DNA from: Fibrobacteria bacterium
Lineage (GTDB): Bacteria > Fibrobacterota > Fibrobacteria > UBA11236
Direction of reading: 5' to 3'
DNA: 64,000 nt
NCBI GenBank assembly: GCA_043732185.1
Contig: JAYTHY010000087.1
Span: 1 to 64,000 of the forward strand
In this document: positions 27,726-37,894 of the stretch, piece after piece
How positions within the stretch are numbered: position 1 is the first letter of the stretch
Layout of the letters: every line of letters begins with the position of its first letter
Made by a program: the position numbers and the translations under genes
The notes under the pieces: model-generated
Seen by the model: only the letters and a program-made list of their open reading frames with translations
The model's database searches: none
Told to the model about the DNA's origin: nothing

Positions 27726-29063
27726 CTAGAAAAAATACGCAAGTTTAGTAGTCCAATACCAATCTTCAGGCGTTCGCATCGCCTCGATTCCTGCGTCCTG
27801 ATCGTGGTTTCCGCCTAAACGCAGGTGATCGTTTGCGACCTGGGTAGATAATGCCAGGTTTCCAAGCAAAACCTTTGAAACATTCACCGACCATTTCCAA
27901 TCGTCTCGTTTAGTATTGATTCGAGGATCGTCCACAACTGAGACCCAAGATCCGTTTCGAGCAGCTAAATTATCACCTGAAAGTTTGTTGGCATAATATT
28001 CGATTTCTATTGAAGAAGTCAGGAAATTAAAACCAGGAAGGTTGACTCCGAACATAATAGGCATGCGGCGTAGGATCTTGTTATACAACTTGGCATAGTT
28101 ATGCACGCCAATAATTCCAACTTCACTGTAGATTACCAAATCATCTTTTCCAAAAAGGCTTATTGCGTTTGAAAAAAATGCTTTTGGATCCAATCTTAAG
28201 CGCGCGATGGCTTTAACGCCGCCCAAGGAACCGAGAATTGTATCGATAACTACCCCAGAAGTATCCTTGACGACAATAAAACACGGATTTTCTTGCCCTC
28301 CGTTGGCATACGGGCCGAGGAAGTTCGCGTTACAATCCTTGCCAGGTGAGGTAAGTTTCTTATTCATAGGAATCAAACGGCTGAAATTAATGCCAGCACT
28401 GAGATCAAATCCTTTAAAGGTCGAAATTGTCATGACATCTGCAACAGAAATATCGTAAATTGGCTTCTCATCCATTTCGGCATTGGCAATTAAATCATTT
28501 TGCCAGGATCCTGCTTTCAATTTCCCAATCATTCCAAAAATATTTCCGGAACCAGAAACCAAGGTACCTGGATAAACATACCCGTGTAATAGATATGATC
28601 CCAGATTCTTGGCATCCGGATTGTAAGTGTAGCCCATGGAACCAAAACTGAATTGTAAGCCACTCCCAGCTGCATAGCCGCCCGAAGAGTAAGTCAAACG
28701 GGCTTCTGATACAAATGGGACCCAAAAGGGATACCATTTATTAGCCTGCCCCGGAGCGCCTCTGGCCAAATGGACCATTATGGTTCCTATACCTAAACCG
28801 CCGTCCCAATTATCATCAATCACAGCTTTAGAGGTTAGAACTGCACCTGAATTTCCAAGCCAATTATTTTCATAATCGTTGCCGTTACCGGGCAGTGAAA
28901 AACTATTCTCCACCCGTCCTAATTGAAGCCACCCTGCTCCATGGTATTCCAATTTTAATTCCTGAGTCATTGCGCCATTCGAAATCGCACTCATCAAGAA
29001 TACCCAAACTAAAACCTGCGTCAATGGCGACCTCGTTGCCCATGCATTCGGATGGCGACTCAA
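27726..29063 (-). CDS. Putative outer-membrane beta-barrel protein, paralog 2
   Basis: YNPDAKNLGSYLLHGYVYPG; ends KLAYFF. TTG at 29063 overlaps the upstream stop; track start is 29096. Confidence 0.75.
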   Translation of the reverse strand: MSRHPNAWATRSPLTQVLVWVFLMSAISNGAMTQELKLEYHGAGWLQLGRVENSFSLPGNGNDYENNWLGNSGAVLTSKAVIDDNWDGGLGIGTIMVHLARGAPGQANKWYPFWVPFVSEARLTYSSGGYAAGSGLQFSFGSMGYTYNPDAKNLGSYLLHGYVYPGTLVSGSGNIFGMIGKLKAGSWQNDLIANAEMDEKPIYDISVADVMTISTFKGFDLSAGINFSRLIPMNKKLTSPGKDCNANFLGPYANGGQENPCFIVVKDTSGVVIDTILGSLGGVKAIARLRLDPKAFFSNAISLFGKDDLVIYSEVGIIGVHNYAKLYNKILRRMPIMFGVNLPGFNFLTSSIEIEYYANKLSGDNLAARNGSWVSVVDDPRINTKRDDWKWSVNVSKVLLGNLALSTQVANDHLRLGGNHDQDAGIEAMRTPEDWYWTTKLAYFF

Positions 29064-30577
29064 AAGAAATACCCCATTCGAATTAAGAAATACCAATCTT
29101 TGGGGGAAGCAAAAGCTTCTTGAGTTCCACCTTCAGCCTTTATTAATCCTGTCGCCACTGGCTTAGGCCTATAATGATCGTTTGCTAACTGACCAGAAAT
29201 CCTGATATGATTGCTGATGACTTTTTCGGCGAGCACGGACCATTTGATATTATCCAAGGTTTGATTTTCCTTGTCTAGCGCCGTACCTTTGACACGAACA
29301 GTATCTGCCTTTGCAGGATCGATTGGATCAGGTTTGATCCAGAAGCCAGTAAGAGTATCGATGCCATAATCCGCATAGCCAACCGGTTTTGGCGAGGGAA
29401 TGGGATGGTTTTGAATTGTCCAACCTGCTACCGTATTATTGTTTCCAACGCGGGCGAGATCGCTGCGATACAAAGCACCATAATATTCAACTTCAAGGGA
29501 AAGATGAGTCAACCAACCGCCCGTAGGAAAATTGAATCCCAACATCAGGGGGATGCGCTGTGAAATATCAGCATATGCTTTCCCATAATTTTTTAAGCCA
29601 ATCACACCAACTTCCCCGTATAACTTTAGGTCATCTGGATTTGATAATTGTTTCCCTAGTGCCTTTTGAAGGTCCAATCCGAACATCCCCATCAGCTTGG
29701 TGCCTTGGTGCGTGAAAAAAACCGTGTCAGTGGAACCCGGTGTCGTTTCAACATATCGACTCTTTTTGAATCCCAATTCCGCATCACTGAAATATTTTCC
29801 GGGTGTTTCCAATTTTGATTTATAGGCAAGTAACCGATAAAAATTTACACCGGCTCCAATTTCAAGTGGGCCTGCCTGAATTTTTGCGATATAGGCAAGA
29901 CTCCAATCCAATGTCGGAGGAATTTCTCGTTCACTATTCAAAATCAAATCATGTGAAATGGCACCAATTTTTTGATGCAGGTTCAATCCTAAAATCGTAC
30001 TTTTTGTCGTATCAACTGCAAAGTCCTGGTATCCACTCATCAGAATGCCTGGGTAAACGGGTCCACGCAGCAAATACAAGCCCAGGTTTTTGACATCAGC
30101 ATTGTATTTATAAGGAAAACTGCCAAGGGTTATGCTTAGCGAAGGTGCAACTTTCTCTCCAAGAAAATAAGTTAATCGGGATTGAGTAAGGAAATTCTGG
30201 AAAAGTGAAATAGCCATCAGTTGTTGGGAGCCATTCCCAAGCGAATGGTTTATTTTCTGCACTCCAAAGCCGACCGCACCCACCAGGTTTTCCGAAAGAT
30301 CAGCCTCAACTGTAAACTGAGCGCCCATACTCTGAAGAGTATTACCATTTAAATTGAGAACATTGTTTGGGGCTGCACCTCTTATCAGCGTATCAGTCAT
30401 ATGCATGATTCGACCGCCATCAAACCACGCCTGACCGTGGATTTGAAAGGCTGGCGCCAATTCCGAGTAGGAAAAGGAAGCCAACAATCCAAGGGCTATT
30501 CCGCCTAGCGCAAGGGGTTGCATTGCCAAAAATATTTTTTGTGACATAAATTTTTTGACTTGCTTCATCTGAATCAC
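29060..30577 (-). CDS. Putative outer-membrane beta-barrel protein, paralog 1
   Basis: YNADVKNLGLYLLRGPVYPG; ends RMGYFF. Confidence 0.75.
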   Translation of the reverse strand: MIQMKQVKKFMSQKIFLAMQPLALGGIALGLLASFSYSELAPAFQIHGQAWFDGGRIMHMTDTLIRGAAPNNVLNLNGNTLQSMGAQFTVEADLSENLVGAVGFGVQKINHSLGNGSQQLMAISLFQNFLTQSRLTYFLGEKVAPSLSITLGSFPYKYNADVKNLGLYLLRGPVYPGILMSGYQDFAVDTTKSTILGLNLHQKIGAISHDLILNSEREIPPTLDWSLAYIAKIQAGPLEIGAGVNFYRLLAYKSKLETPGKYFSDAELGFKKSRYVETTPGSTDTVFFTHQGTKLMGMFGLDLQKALGKQLSNPDDLKLYGEVGVIGLKNYGKAYADISQRIPLMLGFNFPTGGWLTHLSLEVEYYGALYRSDLARVGNNNTVAGWTIQNHPIPSPKPVGYADYGIDTLTGFWIKPDPIDPAKADTVRVKGTALDKENQTLDNIKWSVLAEKVISNHIRISGQLANDHYRPKPVATGLIKAEGGTQEAFASPKDWYFLIRMGYFF

Positions 30578-30627
30578 AATAAATTCAAGTTTAGTAACTG
30601 GATTATTTATTTAAAGGGATGGACAGA

Positions 30628-30656
30628 CAGGGTAGCTAAAAATAATTAGCCCCCTG
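30628..30656 (-). terminator. Intergenic stem-loop between the DUF1080 gene and the OMP genes
   Basis: Minus strand reads CAGGGGGCTAA-ttattt-TTAGCTACCCTG; the U-tract is weak, so it may instead stabilise mRNA. Confidence 0.4.
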
Positions 30657-30672
30657 AATATCTTGCCGTGTT

Positions 30673-31902
30673 CTAGTCTCGCTTAATTCTAAGAGTTTCA
30701 ATCCCATTTATACTTTTGATTTGAATCGAAAGCCAGCCGTGTGCTTGGGTTTTAAAGGCGTGATTAATCCTGCCAGCCGAGCCAGAGAATCTTTCCAAGG
30801 TTTTTCCATTCAAGTCCTGGATTATTAATTCGAAATTACTTTCGATAGTTCCTACCAGAGATGTTGGTGTGGCGAAAAGATTGATGGAGGACTTAATCCT
30901 TTTAATTGCAGTGGTTGCAGGCTTCAATACATTACCCTTATCATCCATTGGGCGCCATTTAATAGCCTTATACCATGATCCCTTCATTCCAGTAAAACGC
31001 TGTCCTTGATGTACTTGGAAACCAATATACCCTGGCGGTGTAGGATAATTCAGAGTCGTATCTTTGATAATGGGGACCCAAACCGTTGCACCAACCTTAC
31101 GAAACCAGGAGTTCATATGAATATTTCCGGCACCAGCCACAGAACCTCCGTAAAACTGAACTCTCATTTGGTTCCAGCCATTCACATCCCATAGCCGCAG
31201 ATAGTCCGCTTGTACACAGCCAGTAAGTGCACAGCCATAACTAGCCGGGTTATATTTTGCAGTCGTTGCCGTCCATGATGACCAGGCGGGTTTTCCGCCA
31301 ATAGATATGTTATTCTCATTTCCATTGTAATCAAATGGCCTATCATCTCGGCCAGTTGGGGAATTATATCCAGCCTCGCCCCATGATCCACCGACTGAGC
31401 CACCCCCCAAATAATCCAATACTGTCTGAAAACACACTCCAGTTGCCGTCGTTCGATTAAACAGGCCTCCATCGTTGCCAAAGTCTGGCCAAAAATCAAA
31501 TACGATTTCATAATTGTTAAATATTTTGTTCGTCATAAGAATCCCACCTACCCCATTTCGAACGCCACTCACTGTACCATCGGTGGAATGTTGGCCACTG
31601 TAAATTGCAGGTACGCCTGCATCCGATCCGATTCGGAAAGCGGCGCCCTTGACCCGATCTCCAGACGAATGGTCTGTCAGGCAGCTCTGCCACCAACCCT
31701 TTAGAGTGCCGTCAAACAAGGAAAAATATCCGGAATCATCCGGTACGGAAACCACAGTATCTTTGAGCATATTGCCGGTAGGTTCCGGAGCACAAGGGGC
31801 GTCTCCGGTAGTGGGTGCGGGCAGAGGCTGTGCCCATGGTAAACTCACCAATAGCAACCCAGCTAGCATTAAAGTTTTCCCAACCTTTTTACTCAAAATC
31901 AT
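30673..31902 (-). CDS. Secreted DUF1080 (3-keto-disaccharide hydrolase-like) protein with a C-terminal sorting-like domain
   Basis: GYFSLFDGTLKGW, GGILMTNKIFNNYEI, NDGGLF, GWNQMRV, GYIGFQVH; tail IQDLNGK. Confidence 0.82.
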   Translation of the reverse strand: MILSKKVGKTLMLAGLLLVSLPWAQPLPAPTTGDAPCAPEPTGNMLKDTVVSVPDDSGYFSLFDGTLKGWWQSCLTDHSSGDRVKGAAFRIGSDAGVPAIYSGQHSTDGTVSGVRNGVGGILMTNKIFNNYEIVFDFWPDFGNDGGLFNRTTATGVCFQTVLDYLGGGSVGGSWGEAGYNSPTGRDDRPFDYNGNENNISIGGKPAWSSWTATTAKYNPASYGCALTGCVQADYLRLWDVNGWNQMRVQFYGGSVAGAGNIHMNSWFRKVGATVWVPIIKDTTLNYPTPPGYIGFQVHQGQRFTGMKGSWYKAIKWRPMDDKGNVLKPATTAIKRIKSSINLFATPTSLVGTIESNFELIIQDLNGKTLERFSGSAGRINHAFKTQAHGWLSIQIKSINGIETLRIKRD

Positions 31903-32340
31903 CTTTTGCTCCTGTATATTGCCAGATTTCTAATATCATAAAGATCGTCGCCAATTTATTATGGCGTTACATTGGTAAACTAACTCCGAGTAAAGTCAAA
32001 TGCAACCGATCTTAACAGTACGATTGGGTGGAGCAGCCTTATCCGATTACTTTTTGGCACAATTAAAATTTCGTTTGCCATAAAGATAACCGAATATACT
32101 TGCCCTTTGCTTACTTTAATCAGTATAAACGGTGGCATTTTTGGTATTTATTCACCCTATATTTAGGAGCAGTCCAGGAGGTTCCATTGGTATATGCCGC
32201 AATAAATCTTACTTGCTTGCCAAAATATCGAAATGTGCAGCCTCAATAAATCCGAAGTTTTCTCGATTGCGGTAAACAAAATACTTTGAATACCCCCTTG
32301 CTCTACCCCAAGAAGCTGGAAATGCTACCTTAAAACGTCT

Positions 32341-33213
32341 ATGTATTCCAATCCATTGAATCAGGAACAAAGCAACCATCCGCGATCCCTTGCCGAATTT
32401 CAATATGCCTATCCGGTAGTCTCAAGACGGTCTGGAGGGATTTCCATCGGCGTCAATCTCAATATTGACAAAGCCTGTAATTTTGATTGCCCCTATTGCC
32501 AAGTGGATCGAACAATTCCTAGGGAACAGGTAACCATTTCCGTAAATGCTATCCAAGTGGAACTCGAAAAATTGTTGGACTTTTTCGATGGTCAAGGTGT
32601 CTTCCGTATGCCTCGTTTTTCTCCCCTTGCAGATAAGGATAAACTGTTGCGTGACATCGCCATTAGTGGTGATGGCGAACCAACCATGATTCCTGCGTTT
32701 GCCGAGGTTTGTTCCATGTTAGCCCGATTGCAAGCAAGTCGTGTCAATCTAGACTTCAAACTCATCCTGATCACAAATTCGACCCTACTGGATAGAAAGG
32801 CCGTGCTCGAGGGAATTGGCCACCTGATGACCAAAAACGGGGAAGTTTGGGCCAAACTCGATGCAGGTACGGAGGAATGGTACCAGAAAATAAATGTGTC
32901 CCGCGTCCGCTTAGACCAAATCGAAAGCAATTTGATTGGGCTTGGAAAATCGCATCCTTATAAAATTCAAACCCTGTTTTGCGCGCTATCCGGTGTGGTC
33001 CCTTCTAGGGAGGAAGTGGATGCTTATTTGAATAGACTCCAACGTATTCAAGCAGCCGGTAGCGACATCCAGGAAGTACAACTCCATACCTTAGCCAGAA
33101 AACCAGCCCAGGCTTCCTGTACACCGGTTAGCGAAGAGTTTCTAAACTCCCTAAAAATCCAGATTGAATCCCAATTTGGAATCCCGGCAAAAATGTATGG
33201 AGTGGAGGCCTAA
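32341..33213 (+). CDS. Radical SAM protein (TYW1-like bacterial family)
   Basis: YPVVSRRSGGISIGVNL, CNFDCPYC, SGDGEPT, LITNS, WAKLDAG. Confidence 0.9.
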   Translation: MYSNPLNQEQSNHPRSLAEFQYAYPVVSRRSGGISIGVNLNIDKACNFDCPYCQVDRTIPREQVTISVNAIQVELEKLLDFFDGQGVFRMPRFSPLADKDKLLRDIAISGDGEPTMIPAFAEVCSMLARLQASRVNLDFKLILITNSTLLDRKAVLEGIGHLMTKNGEVWAKLDAGTEEWYQKINVSRVRLDQIESNLIGLGKSHPYKIQTLFCALSGVVPSREEVDAYLNRLQRIQAAGSDIQEVQLHTLARKPAQASCTPVSEEFLNSLKIQIESQFGIPAKMYGVEA

Positions 33214-33528
33214 ATGCCCTTAACTTTTATCCTTTTACAATGCGTGAATTTTGCCTTGGCAGGAGCCTCTTCGTGGCTGCACTTTCGGAATCCATTGCTT
33301 TGGGATGATCAAGCCATTATCATTTCCATTTGCGCAGGTACTCTTAGTGCAAGCCTTACGGCCATTCTACTCGGTATTTCTTTAGTCTTTGGGGAAGAGA
33401 CAAAATGGGGAGCCAATATGCTCAACCTGTTCTTAACTCTAACCTTTGGGGGGTGGCAGGGATATTTACTTTTCATGCTAAGCCGGGACATGGGTATTTT
33501 CAATCTCATCAAAGCACGCCTTGGTTAA
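33214..33528 (+). CDS. Small membrane protein
   Basis: Three hydrophobic segments; abuts both neighbours. Confidence 0.65.
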   Translation: MPLTFILLQCVNFALAGASSWLHFRNPLLWDDQAIIISICAGTLSASLTAILLGISLVFGEETKWGANMLNLFLTLTFGGWQGYLLFMLSRDMGIFNLIKARLG

Positions 33529-34258
33529 TCTCCTTATGGAAAAGCCCTTTGAAGAGAGTTGGTTTTTTGCCGACGTAAACTCTGTCGGTGACCGATTTAG
33601 GCTACCCTTAGCAGAATCCCTGCATATCCGGAAAGTTCTGCGCATTCAGCCGGGCCGCATGGTAGTTGCCAGCAATGGTAAAGGTGGCGCGTTCCTGTGT
33701 GAAACGTTACCGACAAAAAGCGGCGAACTCGAACTTGTCGCGGCCGAATGCATCGAAATGGAAGTACCCCCACCCAAATTGAATATGGTCTTAAGTCTAT
33801 TGAAGGGGAAAGATTTGGAGGAGCCTATTGATGGCATCTGCCAATTGAATATTCGAGCCGTTCACCTAGTGTCGACGGACCATTCCCAGGAATTCAAAGG
33901 CCAGAATTACGATCGACTGGTGGAAAGGCTCCGGGCCAAATCCCTCGTTGCCTTAAAACAATCTAAAAAAGCTTGGCTCACGGAAATTCACGCACCTATT
34001 TCCTTACCTGAATGGCGAAATCATTTCAAATCTATGCCATTGATTTTGTCTCATCCTGGGAAAGATCGTTTACCGGTACATTTGGATGAAGAATATGCTG
34101 TACTGATTGGACCTGAAGGCGGTTTTTCGAGCGGAGAAATCAGCCAACTTGAAAAGGAAAGTGCCTATACGATAAGTCTAGGTGAAACCCGCATTAGAGG
34201 TACACATGCTCCGCTGCTTGTATGCGGAAAGCTATTAGGGCTTGATCTATTACGTTGA
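33521..34258 (+). CDS. rsmE: 16S rRNA m3U1498 methyltransferase RsmE
   Basis: HIRKVLR, LIGPEGGFS, SLGETRIR. Confidence 0.9.
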   Translation: MVNLLMEKPFEESWFFADVNSVGDRFRLPLAESLHIRKVLRIQPGRMVVASNGKGGAFLCETLPTKSGELELVAAECIEMEVPPPKLNMVLSLLKGKDLEEPIDGICQLNIRAVHLVSTDHSQEFKGQNYDRLVERLRAKSLVALKQSKKAWLTEIHAPISLPEWRNHFKSMPLILSHPGKDRLPVHLDEEYAVLIGPEGGFSSGEISQLEKESAYTISLGETRIRGTHAPLLVCGKLLGLDLLR

Positions 34259-34318
34259 GGCTTGAATCAGAATGGGTTACCCTTGCAGGAACCAGAGCTA
34301 CCTGTATCTTTCACGATA

Positions 34319-34999
34319 TCATTGCACGCCGTGCAGAGCTTGGTTTCCCGGGCTATCCGCTAAAATGAAATAGGCACCAACGCCAACGGCAACCGCCACG
34401 GCCGTGCCCCCCACCCAGTAAAAAGCGTGATTTGAACTGGGCTCTGGACGCACGTGCGGATCCTGATGTCCACTAGTTGCGTTATCCCCTTTTGAACTGG
34501 ATTGAGAATTTCCGGCCACATGAGATTGTGCCCGGTCCAATTTACCCCGCGTCTCTTCATATTCATCTTGGATGTTTTTGAAAATCATGTAAATCATGTC
34601 GCTTGCATACATGTCCAGAATTCTGGCGGTTGGCTCCACGGCCAGAAGTTGGTGCATAAAATATTTGCCCTTTTCGCGGGTTTCGTATTTGGCTGCGTAC
34701 ATGACTCCGAGATGCTTGAAAATGAAGACGCTGTCATGATGTGTATATGCCGGTTTCGCTTTGAGTCCGGTTTCCAGGATTTCAATGGCTTGATCAAAAT
34801 CGCCATCCATATACAGTTTTCGAACGAGCGTGGTATCCAGAAGCGGGGCTGGCTCCTTGTTTTGGGCATTGAAAACAACGGTTTGCACGGGCACAGGTTT
34901 TGCCTTGGACTGCCCAATAGAGGGCAAGCAAATGGCCATGATAATCCAGTAAAAACCAACTGATTGGAAACAAGAAAATTTCAACACACTATCCTCCAA
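34319..34999 (-). CDS. Hypothetical exported protein with TPR-like helices and a C-terminal hydrophobic anchor
   Basis: LYMDGDFDQAIEILE; C-terminal YWVGGTAVAVAVGVGAYFIL. Confidence 0.65.
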   Translation of the reverse strand: MEDSVLKFSCFQSVGFYWIIMAICLPSIGQSKAKPVPVQTVVFNAQNKEPAPLLDTTLVRKLYMDGDFDQAIEILETGLKAKPAYTHHDSVFIFKHLGVMYAAKYETREKGKYFMHQLLAVEPTARILDMYASDMIYMIFKNIQDEYEETRGKLDRAQSHVAGNSQSSSKGDNATSGHQDPHVRPEPSSNHAFYWVGGTAVAVAVGVGAYFILADSPGNQALHGVQ

Positions 35000-35160
35000 A
35001 TTTCGTTTCTTAGCGCGATTGACCTATAAAGTAATCTATATCGTTCACTCCAGGTTTGATGGCCATCACATTCCAGCGTAAAATTTTGCAGGATTTCTTG
35101 GGAAACCTAAAAAAGTGTCAATAAAAGCGACACTGGGACGGTTCGCGACCTGGAAACGCC

Positions 35161-36165
35161 TTAAAAACGGCGTGTTTTGAAGAAATAGAACGGTCCGCCT
35201 AGTAGGGAGGCCAGAAGAATGCAGATATGCACGAGCGCAATGATTTCGCTCCCACCCTGCAGGACTCCTACGTTTCGGTAGATCATTTCACCGGCAGCCT
35301 CCCCTACTCCAACACCGGATGGTGCAATGGGCAAGCCGTTGATCATAGTCATGGTGGGCACCACAAAGCCATGCACTAACCAAGGGATGGTAAGGCCTAA
35401 AGTGCGTGCGAAAAGAATGTACATGAGGATCAGCCCTGCATCGACAATACATCCAATTCCCAGAACCAGTAACAACCCTTTAGGTCTGAGCCGAAATATC
35501 AGCAGTGATTTGGCGAATGATTGGATAAACCTTCCGCCGGGAAGTTTTCCAAGAGCCCGGTGTTCTAAAAAACGACTCGAATAGGGAGAGAGGAAAAAGG
35601 CAATGGCCAATGTGAACAATAGGAATACGCCGGCATAGAACACGCTGTTGATGCGCAGCGCGGTTGAATCCTTCCAAAGTGAATAATTGAGTCCCGTCAT
35701 AATCATGCCCATGCATAAAAGTCCGTAGGTTCCAACCAGTCGGTCCATAGCGATAGAGGTCAATGCCAATGAGGCTTCTCCATCTTTGTGATCCTGGAAT
35801 AAATAGTATCCCTTGATGACATCCCCTCCGTTTCCACCTGGAATGAGGGTATTAAAAAAAAGGCCGATCATTTGCAGGGTCAGGCATCGCCAAGCCGACA
35901 CCTTGAGGCCGGCGTTGAGCAGGATCAGGTACCAACGCAACCAACCCGCTAAAACAACGGGTATCAAATAGGTGACTAAGCCGAAAAAGCATAACCATGG
36001 ATGGGTGATTATTGCATGGGAAACCAGGACCGGATCCAGTGCGCCGGAACGAATCATGGCCCAGATCACTGCGCCGCCTAATGCAAATTTTAAAAGGTGC
36101 TGAACTAGTGGCGGAATTTTAAATCGACTTGGGGCGACAACCGTCTTGCTGGTTTCCATCGACAC
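35161..36165 (-). CDS. Lysylphosphatidylglycerol synthase TM / flippase-like (UPF0104) protein, paralog 2
   Basis: LRW, IGLFFNTLIPGGNGGDVIKGY, DRLVG, PIAPSGVGVGE. Confidence 0.88.
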   Translation of the reverse strand: MSMETSKTVVAPSRFKIPPLVQHLLKFALGGAVIWAMIRSGALDPVLVSHAIITHPWLCFFGLVTYLIPVVLAGWLRWYLILLNAGLKVSAWRCLTLQMIGLFFNTLIPGGNGGDVIKGYYLFQDHKDGEASLALTSIAMDRLVGTYGLLCMGMIMTGLNYSLWKDSTALRINSVFYAGVFLLFTLAIAFFLSPYSSRFLEHRALGKLPGGRFIQSFAKSLLIFRLRPKGLLLVLGIGCIVDAGLILMYILFARTLGLTIPWLVHGFVVPTMTMINGLPIAPSGVGVGEAAGEMIYRNVGVLQGGSEIIALVHICILLASLLGGPFYFFKTRRF

Positions 36166-36179
36166 TGCATTATAGCTTT

Positions 36180-37250
36180 TTAATCACTAGCGGGAGACGG
36201 GTCGCCAATGGCGTTAGGGGTTGGAAGCGGGGTTAGAACCGGTAATGGGACTGGGGTTCGGTACAAGAAATAAAATGGGGCACCGATGAGGGAAACCATC
36301 ATAATGCAAATGTGCACCAAGGCCATCACTTCACTGCCCCCTTGCGCAACACCCAGGCTGCGATAGATCACTTCTCCCGCCGCTTCTCCCACGCCTAGCC
36401 CAGAAGGTGAAATGGGTATACCATTGATCATCGTCAATGTTGGAACTACAAAGCCATGCACAAAGAGCGGCAGCTTCAGCTCCAAGGCCAACGCAGAAAA
36501 ATAATAGAGTAGGATAAGTCCGCAGTCTACGATGATGCCCAATCCCAGCGCCAGGATCAAGCCCGTCGGACGTTGCCGATAGAGCAGCAGAGATGCAAAA
36601 AGAGATTTCAGAAACCGGCCCCCAGGTAGGCGGAATAGCGCCGGGTGCCTTAAGAAGCGGTGGGATAAAGGCGAAAAAAAGAACGCGATGGCGGCGGTGA
36701 AAACAAAATAGACTCCTGCATAAAAGAGACTGTTGAGCCTTAAGGATCCGGAGTCTTTCCAAAGAGGGTAATTGAGGAATGTCATCGCCATCGCCACAGT
36801 GAGTAGTGCATAGAGTCCAATTAGGCGGTCCATGGCAATTGAGGTTAGAGCCAAAGCCTTATCCTTGTCTTCATGTTCTTTGTAGAGATAATACCCTTTG
36901 ATCAAATCCCCACCCGTTCCACCGGGAATTAGGCTATTGAAAAAAATCCCCATCATAGACAGACTGAAAATTCGAAATGTCGAAGCTTTCAGCCCCGCCA
37001 AGCGTATCAGCAGCAGCCAGCGCAGCCAAGCCGGTATCACTACCAGAAGGATATAGGTGAGCAGGGCCAAGACACACAGTCCCGCATGACCCAGCAAGGC
37101 TTGCTTTACCAAGGCCGGATCCAGGGCTCCAGAATGCACCAAGAACCAAATCGCCACAAAGCCCAAGGCAAATTTCAGCAGGTTTTTAACCGCAGCGGGT
37201 ACTTGGAATCGGCCCTTCATATTCACTGAGGTGCTTTCACTGTAATTCAA
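36180..37250 (-). CDS. Lysylphosphatidylglycerol synthase TM / flippase-like (UPF0104) protein, paralog 1
   Basis: LRW, GIFFNSLIPGGTGGDLIKGY, DRLIG, PISPSGLGVGE. Confidence 0.88.
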   Translation of the reverse strand: MNYSESTSVNMKGRFQVPAAVKNLLKFALGFVAIWFLVHSGALDPALVKQALLGHAGLCVLALLTYILLVVIPAWLRWLLLIRLAGLKASTFRIFSLSMMGIFFNSLIPGGTGGDLIKGYYLYKEHEDKDKALALTSIAMDRLIGLYALLTVAMAMTFLNYPLWKDSGSLRLNSLFYAGVYFVFTAAIAFFFSPLSHRFLRHPALFRLPGGRFLKSLFASLLLYRQRPTGLILALGLGIIVDCGLILLYYFSALALELKLPLFVHGFVVPTLTMINGIPISPSGLGVGEAAGEVIYRSLGVAQGGSEVMALVHICIMMVSLIGAPFYFLYRTPVPLPVLTPLPTPNAIGDPSPASD

Positions 37251-37894
37251 GTAAACAAGGACGTCTGTCGCATGGCTTTTCCGTTAAAACTCAACCTGTG
37301 AAAGGCTGTGAGCCCATGGTCACGAATAGCTTTACGGTGGGCTTCTGTTGGGTAGCCTTTATGACCGGCAAAACCGTATTCCGGGTGCAACACATCCAGC
37401 TCCACCATTTGTCTGTCGCGAACCACTTTGGCCAGAATTGACGCGGCCGCAATCGAAGCCGATCGGCCGTCGCCCTTGATCAAAGTACGCTGAGGCCAAG
37501 TGATATCGGGGATACGTTGATTGCCGTCTACTAGCAACAAGCCGGGTGGCCTTCCCATAGCATCCAAGGCGCGGCGCATGGCAAGGAGCGACGCTACCAG
37601 AATATTGTATCGGTCGATTTCCACCGGTGAGCATTCTCCAATTCCAAAAGCCACGGCCCGAGACTGAATGTCCAAGAACAGTGCTTCTCGGCGTGTGGCG
37701 CTCAGTTTTTTGGAATCGTTTAACCCTAGTATGGGCGGACCCTTGAAGTCCAGAATGACGCAAGCCGCCACCACATTTCCAGCTAAAGGACCACGACCCA
37801 CTTCATCCACTCCACACAACTGTGGAAACTCTTCCAGCAAATCGACATCGAATTCCCAAAGCACGCGGCCGGATTTATCGGCCATCGCCTGCAT
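37247..37894 (-). CDS. rnhB: Ribonuclease HII
   Basis: GVDEVGRGPLAG, LNDSKKLS, VDG, SIAAASILAKV, HKGY. Confidence 0.96.
   Translation of the reverse strand: MQAMADKSGRVLWEFDVDLLEEFPQLCGVDEVGRGPLAGNVVAACVILDFKGPPILGLNDSKKLSATRREALFLDIQSRAVAFGIGECSPVEIDRYNILVASLLAMRRALDAMGRPPGLLLVDGNQRIPDITWPQRTLIKGDGRSASIAAASILAKVVRDRQMVELDVLHPEYGFAGHKGYPTEAHRKAIRDHGLTAFHRLSFNGKAMRQTSLFT

Noticed and set aside
31903..32340. Riboswitch or small gene in the long divergent intergenic region
   Set aside because: It is AT-rich and promoter-like, with no recognisable aptamer or convincing ORF.
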